Below the pieces are notes generated by a model. The model ran no database searches. It saw nothing but the letters and a program-made list of their open reading frames with translations, and had not been told where the DNA came from. The position numbers were made by a program, and so were the translations under genes. From the NCBI GenBank assembly GCA_965198235.1, contig OZ240248.1, positions 2,240,001 through 2,304,000 on the forward strand: a stretch of 64,000 nt of DNA, given 5' to 3'. Below are positions 1-9,501 of this stretch, piece by piece (position 1 is the stretch's first letter; each line of letters begins with the position of its first letter). The DNA comes from Candidatus Poribacteria bacterium. Lineage in GTDB: Bacteria > Poribacteria > WGA-4E > WGA-3G.

Positions 1-193
1 AATATCCTTGTTTAGAACTGTTTAATTGCGGCTTTTGACATGAAAAGTACTATATCACACCTCAATGTCAAGGGCAATGAAAACCCATTATTCAATCGGA
101 CATTTAATTCTCTCGTAGGACGGATATCCGAATCCCGATACCTCGCGCCCCTCCGAAACAGACAACTAATAACCAAACGCCCCTAATTAGTGC

Positions 194-221
194 TTGACAT
201 TCTGCCTTATATTGATACAAT
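194..221 (+). promoter_or_regulatory. sigma70-type promoter
   Basis: TTGACA (194-199), 16 bp spacer, TG-A-TACAAT (-10 at 216-221), upstream of GGAGG and ATG at 256. Confidence 0.6.
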
Positions 222-255
222 AGAGGCATACTATCCAGAACATGGAGGGAATGAG

Positions 256-1101
256 ATGGGATATAAATTAGATCCGAATGCAATGTATCGGATGCCGACA
301 CATTTTGGACCGAGGACGGGACCGAGATACGGACCCGATGGCAGAAAATTCGAGTGTAAAGATAACCCGAAATCAACGTCAGTTTCAGTGAGTTTCCTGA
401 CAAACAGCGAGCAACTTGAGGCTTTTCTACCGCCAGGCTTCTCGCTTAACGGCGAACCCGTTGTATCCGTGTCCGGAGGCTATATGAAGGAAATTGAATG
501 GCTCGCAGGGCGCGGCTACAATACTCTTGGCGTTAGTTTCCCAGTGGTTTTCAACGGTGAAGTGGACCAGGCGACGGGTTCTCTGTTGACGGTGCTGTGG
601 GAAAACCTGACGGATCCGATTTTGACAGGACGCGAGGAATTAGGCTTCTCTAAAATCTATTGCAAACTTCCAGACCCGATAACTTTTAACGGCGAAACAC
701 ACTGCACCGCCAGTTGGCTCGGTTTTAAGTTCATGGACATGCGCGTGAACGCGACAGAACAAGTCCCGATACAAACCGCGTCCGCCCCGCCGCAGACGAG
801 TGGTGAACAACCGCTCACCGGTACATTACATTATAAATACATGCCGAGAACGGGTGTATGGGGCACCGCTGATATTGCCTACGCTGTGCTGACGCCAGCG
901 AGAACACCAAATCGGGTCGTGCAGGAGCAGTGGCGCGGCGAGGGAACAGTGGAATTCCACAAAGCGCGTTGGGAAGACCTACCGACGCAGTACAACATTG
1001 TCAACGCCTTCCACGAATTGGAAGTCAAGGAGTGGCGTGGTGCATCTATCGTCAAAGCTGTCGGTGGAAAAGACCTGAGCGATCAACGCATCTTGCGTTA
1101 A
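256..1101 (+). CDS. Acetoacetate decarboxylase (ADC)-family protein
   Basis: GREELGFSK motif matches the ADC GRExxGxPK Schiff-base Lys motif; start moved to ATG 256 after GGAGG. Confidence 0.75.
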   Translation: MGYKLDPNAMYRMPTHFGPRTGPRYGPDGRKFECKDNPKSTSVSVSFLTNSEQLEAFLPPGFSLNGEPVVSVSGGYMKEIEWLAGRGYNTLGVSFPVVFNGEVDQATGSLLTVLWENLTDPILTGREELGFSKIYCKLPDPITFNGETHCTASWLGFKFMDMRVNATEQVPIQTASAPPQTSGEQPLTGTLHYKYMPRTGVWGTADIAYAVLTPARTPNRVVQEQWRGEGTVEFHKARWEDLPTQYNIVNAFHELEVKEWRGASIVKAVGGKDLSDQRILR

Positions 1102-1104
1102 TTT

Positions 1105-1941
1105 TTAGTCCATTACTGAGCCGCCTGCGACGGTGATGGAAACCCCTGTTAGGTAGGCGGCTTCGTCTGAAGCGAGGAAAGCAGCCATCTTGGCAACATC
1201 TGTTCCCTCGGCGAGGCGTCCGAAAGGAACACCTGCCTTGGATTGGCGTGCGTATTCCGAAAGTTGTTCATCAGCAGAGAGGTTATCGGGCATTAGCACA
1301 GATGCAAGATGCCCGACACGCTCTGTGTCCACAAGTCCAGGACAAATAGCGTTGACATTAACTTGATAAGGTGCGAGTTCGTGGGCAAGTGATTGCGTGA
1401 AACCGATCACGGCGAATTTTGAGGCACTATATGCGGCAAAGCGCGCCGATCCTCGTTTTCCAGTAACAGATGAAATATTAATGATTTTGCCTCCCGTTCT
1501 CTGCGCGATGAGATGACGTGCCACTGCTTGAGAACAGAGGAACACGCCTTTCACGTTAACCCGTTGCACCCTATCCCAATCTTCTTCAGCCAGATCGACA
1601 ACCGGCACACGATCCTTGCCCGCTATTGTTCCGGCGTTGTTGACGAGGATGTCGATTTTGCCGAAATGTGCGACGGTTTCATCTACCATCTCGCGAACTT
1701 GTCCTGCATCTGAAACGTCCGCAACGACGCTGATGGCGCGTTGTCCCATCGCCTCAATTTCACGAACAACATCGGGTAGACCTTGCCAATCCGGTTGATC
1801 TGCGGCGTAAGGATGCTCGGTAATGTCGTTGACGGCGACATCGGCACCTTCTTTCGCCAAGCGGGTCGCAATGGCACGTCCGATGCCGTTTTTGCCGCCT
1901 GCCCCTGTTACTAAGGCGACTTTTCCATTTAAGTTGTACAT
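1105..1941 (-). CDS. SDR family NAD(P)-dependent oxidoreductase
   Basis: TGAGGKNGIG Rossmann motif, NNAG, YSASK catalytic motif. Confidence 0.92.
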   Translation of the reverse strand: MYNLNGKVALVTGAGGKNGIGRAIATRLAKEGADVAVNDITEHPYAADQPDWQGLPDVVREIEAMGQRAISVVADVSDAGQVREMVDETVAHFGKIDILVNNAGTIAGKDRVPVVDLAEEDWDRVQRVNVKGVFLCSQAVARHLIAQRTGGKIINISSVTGKRGSARFAAYSASKFAVIGFTQSLAHELAPYQVNVNAICPGLVDTERVGHLASVLMPDNLSADEQLSEYARQSKAGVPFGRLAEGTDVAKMAAFLASDEAAYLTGVSITVAGGSVMD

Positions 1942-1995
1942 TGGGATATAACTCCTTTAACTAACCTGTGTCGTTTAATGTGGCTTTGCGGTGCC

Positions 1996-3924
1996 TTAAG
2001 GCGACCAGAGTACGTACGTCGGGATATTAAACAGTGTGCCGAGCAGTGCCCAAAGCCCTACGAACACATAATCACCCATTACTAATCCTAAAAAGAACGG
2101 GATCGCGCGTTGATGTGCCCGTAAACCAAAAACCGTGAGGATGACGAACTTCACCAACCAGCCGAGGAAAACCGAGAACCAGAAATCCGCAAGTCCGCCC
2201 CACGTCGCGGCTGTCATCACATATCCAATCGGATGGAAGGGCCACCAGATAAATTTGTGCCGTAGGAAGTAGAGAATCCACGTCATCACTGCCCCAATCC
2301 CCATAGATTGCGTCCCACCCCAATCGGGACCGGTAGGGTTGTTAATCCACCGTTGTAAGCGTCTCCCGAAGACCTCGTTGCCGATACCGACGACATACCC
2401 GTGCACCGCCAGTGCGCCTGTGTCATAGAGCAGATAGAGAAACGCCCAAAACGATGCAAGCGTCCCTATAATGATCGCGAACATCATCACCCAGACGAGT
2501 CTTCTGCTGTTAATACCGGCACGTTCGGCGAGTTTGAATCCCTCTAATTGGTTCGGCATCGGATGGGAAACGTTAAGCCGATTCAGCCAGTAGTAGAATG
2601 AGATAATTGTGAGGTTACTGGTGCCGACAAACCGCGGACCGAAGGTCACTGCCATGAGCCGTGCTGGATCCAGTGCGAGGATCTCGTGTGATGGCGGACC
2701 GAATTCGGCGCGCACCCGTGTTACACCGAGTGCCATCAAGGTGAAAATAACGATGAAGCCGAGTACACCGCCCAAGTTCATCCCCGCCTGTACCGAAAAT
2801 AGGGTGAGTCCGATGCATCCGAAAATTAATCCGAGGACAGCAGCCCGGTACGGCATCGGTTCATTTGAATCGTCAAACGCTCGCTTGTTTGTGAAGCAAT
2901 TCACCACGACATCTCGGAGATGATGCCGAGTTCCCCACAACGCAAGAACGCCGACGGCAAGCCATGCACCGCCCGATCGTTCCGCAAAATAGAGTTCACC
3001 TTCGCCTAACATCCCGACGCGGATAATCCGTTCCGCTTTGCCAAACAGATAGAAAAACCACGCCGACATCGAAATATCCAACGGCACGAAGAAAGTCAAG
3101 CCTATGATAAAAGGATAGGCAGATAGCGACACCCATCCGACAGCGTTCCACGGTTTGTCCGTGAAAAGATGCGTGATTGAGTAGTAGTTGAGTTGGATAG
3201 AAGGGACCTGGGGAAATAGATAACTTAATCCTGCGAGAAGTTCAATAAATGCGGCGACCGAAAAGCCTATCCACATCGTGCCGTTTTTGTAGAAACTTTT
3301 TCGTCCCTGCGCCATCTGAAGGGGTAACTGGATTATCGGATAGGCTAACTTTTCACGCTCTGTCCACTGGACGCGGATAATGGTGTTGAGACATATTAGC
3401 GTGAACCAGAGCAGTGCGACGAATCCTGTCCACACCAAAATCGGCACTGCCCAGCCGCGCAGATGCTTTGCGAGGTAAAAGGTCGAATCGCCTTCAAAGT
3501 AGTCATCTAAGGCACTGTTCTCAGGAACGAACCATGTCGGAATGTAACGCCAGAACAGGTCCGCCCACTCGTTTTCTGGAGTCGCGAACCGGAATGGATG
3601 GGCGAGTGTACCGATTAGGAACGTCATCATGGAATGGCCGCCGATTGTCGATACCATGACCACCATAATATAGATAACAAGGAGTTCCTGTGCGGTCAGT
3701 GCGTTGCGGGGGGCAAGTCTTTTCCAAACGAGGTTGAAACCGATGACGGCAAAAAGGGTAAAAATTGCATTGAAGAAGAGTGAAACGAAGTTGAGAAGGA
3801 ACTGCGGCTGGATCATCTCCGCCGCGTAGGCGAGCCAGTAGGCGTTCCCGATAACGAGGAGTGTACCAATCAGGAGTGCGCGGAGCGTAATTCCAGATGT
3901 AAAAGAGGCGTGAGGTTTTGGCAT
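1996..3924 (-). CDS. Polytopic membrane protein, DUF6785/DUF6784-like putative transporter
   Basis: 642 aa with many hydrophobic segments; 'QWTEREKLAYPIIQLP' and 'WWPFHPIGY' motifs typical of this family. Confidence 0.7.
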   Translation of the reverse strand: MPKPHASFTSGITLRALLIGTLLVIGNAYWLAYAAEMIQPQFLLNFVSLFFNAIFTLFAVIGFNLVWKRLAPRNALTAQELLVIYIMVVMVSTIGGHSMMTFLIGTLAHPFRFATPENEWADLFWRYIPTWFVPENSALDDYFEGDSTFYLAKHLRGWAVPILVWTGFVALLWFTLICLNTIIRVQWTEREKLAYPIIQLPLQMAQGRKSFYKNGTMWIGFSVAAFIELLAGLSYLFPQVPSIQLNYYSITHLFTDKPWNAVGWVSLSAYPFIIGLTFFVPLDISMSAWFFYLFGKAERIIRVGMLGEGELYFAERSGGAWLAVGVLALWGTRHHLRDVVVNCFTNKRAFDDSNEPMPYRAAVLGLIFGCIGLTLFSVQAGMNLGGVLGFIVIFTLMALGVTRVRAEFGPPSHEILALDPARLMAVTFGPRFVGTSNLTIISFYYWLNRLNVSHPMPNQLEGFKLAERAGINSRRLVWVMMFAIIIGTLASFWAFLYLLYDTGALAVHGYVVGIGNEVFGRRLQRWINNPTGPDWGGTQSMGIGAVMTWILYFLRHKFIWWPFHPIGYVMTAATWGGLADFWFSVFLGWLVKFVILTVFGLRAHQRAIPFFLGLVMGDYVFVGLWALLGTLFNIPTYVLWSP

Positions 3925-3971
3925 TTTTAGATAGCGGTCGGCTTTCAGCGTTCAGCAGTCGGTGGAGATAG

Positions 3972-4514
3972 TTATCGGTGCTTCGTCGGGTCGATGGCGA
4001 CTTCATAGATGTAATCATTTCCGTTCTTGAGTAGCACCCATTCGGTGTTGTCTTTAGATGCGGCAGCGGATAGGTCCTTGCCATTTGCACCGAGTGTCCA
4101 TTGAACGAGGCTATCTCGGACCATTCCATTGTCGAAATCAAACATGAATTCGACGCTATCATCTTCCCACCACCTGGCATTGTCCGGATTGACATCTTGG
4201 AGTTTATCGTCGGTAATTTCAACAGCGAAATAGATGCGAGTTGAGTCTTGTGCACTCCACGCGACACTCCCCTGCCCCGTAAAATCACTGGCTTTAGGGA
4301 CACCGTCACCGACATCTTTCAGTTCATCAAAGGCAACGGTTTCGGCGCGTTGCCATTCGCCGAGATTGCCGTCTACTTTGAGGTTCGTGATTTGTTTAGC
4401 GACGTACTGTTTATCACGTTTTGCAACCGCTGTGAGGTGTGTTACGAAGAATACCAGCGTGACAGCTGTTATCAGTCTGACTGCGACCTTAAAAGACTTC
4501 ATAAACTTTTTCAT
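3972..4514 (-). CDS. Secreted CBM9-like sugar-binding domain protein, possibly C-terminally truncated
   Basis: Signal peptide; 'VDGNLGEW', 'IYFAVEITDD', 'WEDDSVEF', 'YIYEVAI' motifs; ends directly after YEVAI. Confidence 0.65.
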   Translation of the reverse strand: MKKFMKSFKVAVRLITAVTLVFFVTHLTAVAKRDKQYVAKQITNLKVDGNLGEWQRAETVAFDELKDVGDGVPKASDFTGQGSVAWSAQDSTRIYFAVEITDDKLQDVNPDNARWWEDDSVEFMFDFDNGMVRDSLVQWTLGANGKDLSAAASKDNTEWVLLKNGNDYIYEVAIDPTKHR

Positions 4515-5884
4515 TCGAGAATTCCTTCGTTTTTCAACGTCTGAATCAGTTGATCCTGTGTGCTATTCCTCTTCATCAATTTGCACGCGCCACACAATAA
4601 CTGAAGGTTATCAGGAGGATCGGCACCTCCTTTGGATTTCGCTACAATATGGTCAACTGTCATACTATGAAATGGGAATAACGTTTGACAGCCATTGCAT
4701 CTGCCTTCCTGAAGTCCAAATAGCGTATGCTTGCAGGTTCGACCCTGCTGGTAAAGTTTAGGATTACCTTTTCGGTGGATAACCTTCTTGATAATCCCGT
4801 GCTGTTCAAGACGTAGTTTGACCAGTTTGAAAGATTTAGGGCTTAAATCAATACCGATCCAGCGACGTTGTAGTCGTTCTGCGGCAATACATGTGGTAGC
4901 ACACCCGCAGAAAGGGTCGAGCACCATGTCACCCGGATCACTACTTGCACGAATAATTCGCTCTAACAAAGCGATCGGTTTCTGTGTGGGATACCCAATA
5001 CGCTCTTTATTTCGTGCGGTTAAGTTGGGAATATCTACCCAGATGTTGTTTAGCGTTTTGCCTTTCTGTTCGTCAAGATATCGTTTGTATCGAGGAACGT
5101 TTCCGGGTCGCGTTTGCACAACACGTCCGGCTTCAATCTCCTTTAACATCCGCGATTCCGCCCATCGCCATGTTCTGATGATTCCCATCACCTCATAGGT
5201 GAGGTGAGAATCGGGGTCTTGGGTCTGAGCGGTTATAGAGGTATGCGATACGAGTCGTCCGGTGCCGGGTTCAACATAATAATATTGACGTTTGGTTTTC
5301 TCGTCGAGATCCTCCATGTCATAGGGGATCGTGACGGCATCAGGATTCCAGACGAAATCGTTGCTTTTTGAATACCGGAGGATGAGATCGGAATCTCGCG
5401 CCAGCCCTTTTTTGAGATTCCCTTTGCTGGTTACAGCTCTTTGCCAAACGATCTCATTCCTAAAATTATCTCTCCCGAAAATGCCATCCATCATCATTTT
5501 GAGATAGTGACTTGCGTTGTCATCGCAATGGAGATAGATGGTTCCTGTCGGTTTCAGGATTCGATACATCTCCAGCATCCTGATACCCATCATAATCAGA
5601 TAGGCTTTCATGGACTTCCCGTGAGTGAATTCAGCGGTACTGATGGCGTGATAAAGGTCGGGTGCTTTCTCTGCCAGTTCACCGTGCCACGTGCTATCTA
5701 AATCGTTTGGTGTCCAGGAATCTTTGAATGCTGCGCCTGCTGCCTCGCTCTCTGTCGGTGCTTCAAAGGTTCGATTGGAGTTGAAAGGTGGGTCCAGATA
5801 GATCAAATCAATGGTATCAGCGTCAAGACCGCGAAGCACATACAGATTGTCACCTTCAAAGATGGTTCGGTTTTCGACATTCAT
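4511..5884 (-). CDS. Beta-class N4/N6 DNA methyltransferase fused to a C-terminal HNH-type domain
   Basis: DPPF, YPTQKP and DPFCGCATT motifs; C-terminal CNGC...VDHIVAKSKGG...NLQLLCGAC. Confidence 0.85.
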   Translation of the reverse strand: MNVENRTIFEGDNLYVLRGLDADTIDLIYLDPPFNSNRTFEAPTESEAAGAAFKDSWTPNDLDSTWHGELAEKAPDLYHAISTAEFTHGKSMKAYLIMMGIRMLEMYRILKPTGTIYLHCDDNASHYLKMMMDGIFGRDNFRNEIVWQRAVTSKGNLKKGLARDSDLILRYSKSNDFVWNPDAVTIPYDMEDLDEKTKRQYYYVEPGTGRLVSHTSITAQTQDPDSHLTYEVMGIIRTWRWAESRMLKEIEAGRVVQTRPGNVPRYKRYLDEQKGKTLNNIWVDIPNLTARNKERIGYPTQKPIALLERIIRASSDPGDMVLDPFCGCATTCIAAERLQRRWIGIDLSPKSFKLVKLRLEQHGIIKKVIHRKGNPKLYQQGRTCKHTLFGLQEGRCNGCQTLFPFHSMTVDHIVAKSKGGADPPDNLQLLCGACKLMKRNSTQDQLIQTLKNEGILE

Positions 5885-5902
5885 TTTACTGCCTTAATGT
5901 GT

Positions 5903-5928
5903 GTAGGCACGCTTGGAGGCGTGCCTAC
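5903..5928. repeat. GTAG-headed REP-like palindrome
   Basis: GTAGGCACGC-TTGGAG-GCGTGCCTAC, a perfect 10-bp stem. Confidence 0.65.
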
Positions 5929-5943
5929 GAAGAGCGTAGCGTC

Positions 5944-6375
5944 TTATCGACGTGCTTTGAGAGTTCCCCACGTCACGGCAAGTTTGCCGTTGGGATCCAC
6001 TGCGAGTCCCGTGTCAGACTTGAAGTTCTGATTGACTTCGGCTTCTTCAAGAACTCTGTCGTAGACGCTGAATTCGTCGATGATACCGGTAAACACACCG
6101 AATTCACCATCGGCTCTACCATCTAAACCGATAAACATGAAATTGTCCCACTCATCCTCAGGGAATTGGGCGAGATTCAGGACTCCCTCGTTTGTCTCTT
6201 TGCCATCAACGAAGTATTGGACGACACTATCCTCTGGGATGCCTATGACAGCAATGTGGTGCCACTTGTTGTCGTCAATATTGTTTCCCACATCTTCGAC
6301 GTTGCCTACCCAACCAGTGTCAAGATTAAGGACACCATTGCGAACCCACAAGGTTTTGGGACCCTTTTGCAGCAT
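5944..6375 (-). pseudogene. LamG-domain protein lacking signal peptide and N-terminal half
   Basis: SD (AAGGAG) and ATG at 6375 lead straight into mid-LamG sequence (WHHIAV...FVDG...GIIDEFSVYDRVL); C-terminal LAVDPNGKLAVTWGTLK tail retained. Confidence 0.55.
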
Positions 6376-6690
6376 AATTAAATCTCCTTTGATTTGTTTG
6401 TATATGGGAAACATGCAAGCGAGGCACTAAATAGGGAATGCCTTTTATCCCTGAAAAATCTTCCTAAGAATTAAGAATGCTCCGCCAACCACAATGATGA
6501 ACAGAGCAACAGAAAATAGGAAGGCGAAAATTGCTTGCAAAATTTGGAAGAGAATCAGGATACATGCAATAAAAATGACGATCCCGAAAATGACGAGTAA
6601 AATTGTTCCCATACGTTAATGTGATATGTGGATATGGATCCACGTGTTGCAGCTTTCTTGTAGACACGCTTAAATGAAGATTGAAAAATA

Positions 6691-6785
6691 AATTGGGTAA
6701 TTGACGGGCGATGAGGGATCTCCCTACTACACACGAGGCTGTTCGTAGTAGGGCTGTCTATAGCACGTTCGGAAGTTACCCAATT
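6691..6785. repeat. REPIN/MITE-like element
   Basis: Terminal IR AATTGGGTAA / TTACCCAATT and internal IR CCCTACTAC / GTAGTAGGG. Confidence 0.6.
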
Positions 6786-6861
6786 AAATCCTAAACTTCA
6801 TAAAAGTGCGCCCAGTTGCTGCCCTTCATAATTAACCCCGTGTCTTTGAGGAGGGGTTGTT

Positions 6862-7635
6862 TTAGTAGCGCGCTTTGAGTGCGCCCCAAACGGTTGGAAG
6901 TTTACCAGTTGCTTGAACAGCAAGTACCTCATCCGGTGTGCACTCGTCAGCCGTCTCGCAAATAGCCCAATTGTCAAATGAGACAATGGTCAATGCGGGG
7001 GCACCTCTACTTGAACCACCGTTGAGTCCAACTTGTCCGCTCTCAGGTCTGACATTCCCGAAATCGAGTTTACTGTCAAGAAGCCAGTCTTTGGGTTCAT
7101 CTTTGCCATCTTCCCAGATTTTACCGGTAAACCCCTTATCAGATATTTCGGCTTTCATCCAGTACCATTTACCGAGTTCTATCTCACCAAAGGGAGGTTT
7201 GGTATCGTTCTGTTTCCAAGCGAGATGGTCATTGAGGAATTCCATGTTGGTGAGGAAATGATGGATCAGAAAAGCGTAACCGGAGGCATCTCCCGGATCA
7301 AGACGAAATCCGATTCCACACCGTGCAAGGTCGTGATCTCCCCAATCATCGACGCGAATCATTACCAATCCGGTATGCGGTTCTGGAAAACCGCCGTCGA
7401 GAACAAGATAGGTGTGATCGCCGGGGGTTTCATGGGTTTGACTGATAACGCCACCTTTTTCTACCCAATCGCCCTCATGGTTTTTGAATTCATAATCTCC
7501 ACTAATTTTTCCATCTTCAAAATCGTCGAGGTATAAAACCTCGTCGAAGCCAGTGGAAGTCCATGCAAAAATAGCAGTGCACACCAGTATGGAGAGGAGA
7601 GATTTGTGGGTTGATAGACTCTTAACAATGTACAT
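6862..7635 (-). CDS. Secreted beta-sandwich (DUF1080/ConA-like) protein with TWG-type C-terminal tail
   Basis: AGGAGG before ATG 7635, signal peptide, 'DDFEDG', 'SGQVGL', 'FDNW'; tail LAVQATGKLPTVWGALKARY. Confidence 0.65.
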   Translation of the reverse strand: MYIVKSLSTHKSLLSILVCTAIFAWTSTGFDEVLYLDDFEDGKISGDYEFKNHEGDWVEKGGVISQTHETPGDHTYLVLDGGFPEPHTGLVMIRVDDWGDHDLARCGIGFRLDPGDASGYAFLIHHFLTNMEFLNDHLAWKQNDTKPPFGEIELGKWYWMKAEISDKGFTGKIWEDGKDEPKDWLLDSKLDFGNVRPESGQVGLNGGSSRGAPALTIVSFDNWAICETADECTPDEVLAVQATGKLPTVWGALKARY

Positions 7636-7848
7636 TGGAACAACCTCCTTCAAATTTTTAATTTTACCTTGCGGAGGAACGACGGGATTTGTGCTTTGAC
7701 GGTTTTCGTGTTCGAGTTGAAGAAACGCCCAAGCAAAAACCCCTCCATTTCATTACGGGCTACGGGTTTTTTACGATACTAACTAATTCTTTGTTGAATT
7801 AATTTGATGTTGGGTGAAGAAGTCGCCTCCGTGCACAGTTTGATGTCC

Positions 7849-8637
7849 CTATGGGGTTGCGCGACGTTTGCCACCATCCATATAAAGCGCACTCCCAAAC
7901 ATATAGGAGCAGGCTTCAGAGGCTAAGAACGTTACGACATTCGCGACCTCTTCCGGTTCCGCAATACGACCCGCAGGGAGTTCTTGCCCGAGTTCCTGCA
8001 ACAACGCTTCGACATCGCGTCCTTCACGCTCGGCTCTCACACTTTGCTGCGTGCGTGCTCGACCAGTATTTGTCAATCCCGGACAAACAGTATTTACCAA
8101 AATGCCGTCACCTGCAACAGCATCGGAGAGTGCGCGTGTGATGTTAAGAATCGTGATGTTGGCAGCCCCTGTTGGTATGTTGCCACGAGTGGGACTTGTA
8201 CCGGCTGAACCTGCGATGTTGACGATTCGTCCCCACTGATTTTCCTTCATGTACGGAATAACCAATTGAGACATCCGAAGGTAACTGTAGGTTTTCAATA
8301 AAAGTGCTTCATCAATCAGTTTCGGCGACAGTTCCAAAATATCTGCATTTCGAGCGGCACCGACATTGTTGACGAGGATATCGACACCGCCGAAACGATC
8401 CACTGTCTCCTGCACCACCTTCTCACAATTCGCTTGTATATTTAAGTCGGCTGTAATAGCGTGTGCTTTGGTGCCAGTCTGTTCAAGTTCCGTGAGCACT
8501 CGATTTAAAACGTCTTGTGTTCGGGCAGCAATGCAGACGTGAACGCCTTCTTGTGCAAGGGCAAGTGCACACTGCCTACCAATACCTCGGCTACCGCCGG
8601 TAACGATTGCGCGTTTTCCGCTCAGTCCTAAATCCAC
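7849..8637 (-). CDS. Atypical SDR oxidoreductase
   Basis: TGGSRGIG and NNVG motifs; the YxxxK position is replaced by TGAAN. Confidence 0.85.
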   Translation of the reverse strand: MDLGLSGKRAIVTGGSRGIGRQCALALAQEGVHVCIAARTQDVLNRVLTELEQTGTKAHAITADLNIQANCEKVVQETVDRFGGVDILVNNVGAARNADILELSPKLIDEALLLKTYSYLRMSQLVIPYMKENQWGRIVNIAGSAGTSPTRGNIPTGAANITILNITRALSDAVAGDGILVNTVCPGLTNTGRARTQQSVRAEREGRDVEALLQELGQELPAGRIAEPEEVANVVTFLASEACSYMFGSALYMDGGKRRATP

Positions 8638-8688
8638 GTATCGTGTGTCCTTTACGCTGTTTCTGGTTTCTTAATGGGGTGCGGGAAT

Positions 8689-9396
8689 CTACTGTGGTGC
8701 TTTCAACCTTCCCCATGTGATGGTAAGTTTGTCACGTGATTCGACGGCGAGGCTTGAACCACCTTTATCAAAGACCTCCACATCGTCGATGAGCGTTTCT
8801 GACTTCCACTCGCGGATGCCGAAACCGCCTTTTGGATACGGGACTTTACCGTATTCAGCAATCTGTTTGCCATCGAGTGAGACTGTTAGTTTTTTGTCCA
8901 CCACAGTGACCGACAGTTCATGCCACTCGTCGAGTTCAATATTAATGTCCGCCTTAGCGACGATCGGCCAACCGCCACCCCGTTCAAAGACATTGAGGAT
9001 GTTCTCTCGTGGATCCCCACAACACAACCGTTTTCTTGCCGGTTCGACGAGCATATATTCGGTTGCCAACTGCGCCCGCACAATCAAACCGATTGCGGCA
9101 AATTCCGCTGTTTCACCAACAATGTTGAATTTTGCCCGCATTGTGTAGTCTGTTAGATCTTCGAACCCTTCAAGGAAGAGGACATCGGCGTTGGTTTGAT
9201 CGTTCCTTGTGTCAAAAATGAGGACGGTGTTGTTCGGATTGCCCGGATCTTTCTCAATTTTTATCGCTGGCACGTCGGGCCATGTAATCTCGGCATTTCC
9301 CTCGAAATCATCAAAAAACAGTGTTTCCGCCATTGCGTTTCCAAACAGCAGAAGAATGACCCAAAAACTAACAACACACAGTTTTCGAATTCTCAT
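8689..9396 (-). CDS. Secreted DUF1080 (3-keto-disaccharide hydrolase-like) protein with TWG tail
   Basis: Signal peptide, 'FFDDFE', 'WHELSV', 'KGGFGI', 'IDDVEV'; tail LAVESRDKLTITWGRLK. Confidence 0.7.
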   Translation of the reverse strand: MRIRKLCVVSFWVILLLFGNAMAETLFFDDFEGNAEITWPDVPAIKIEKDPGNPNNTVLIFDTRNDQTNADVLFLEGFEDLTDYTMRAKFNIVGETAEFAAIGLIVRAQLATEYMLVEPARKRLCCGDPRENILNVFERGGGWPIVAKADINIELDEWHELSVTVVDKKLTVSLDGKQIAEYGKVPYPKGGFGIREWKSETLIDDVEVFDKGGSSLAVESRDKLTITWGRLKAPQ

Positions 9397-9501
9397 TTTG
9401 AGATTCTCCTTCAGGATATAACTAAGGAGGAGATGCCCACCTCAGTTTGGCCGACATCTCATTTTCAACGTACTATGTATAGCGCACGTTTCGAGGCGTA
9501 T

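Noticed and set aside
3521-4315. 264-aa alternative-frame ORF bridging the CBM9-like and DUF6785-like genes
   Set aside because: It overlaps two better-supported genes on the same strand and has no recognisable motifs.
6464-6667. 67-aa ORF upstream of the truncated LamG gene as its missing N-terminus
   Set aside because: No signal peptide or LamG motifs; looks like AT-rich promoter DNA.
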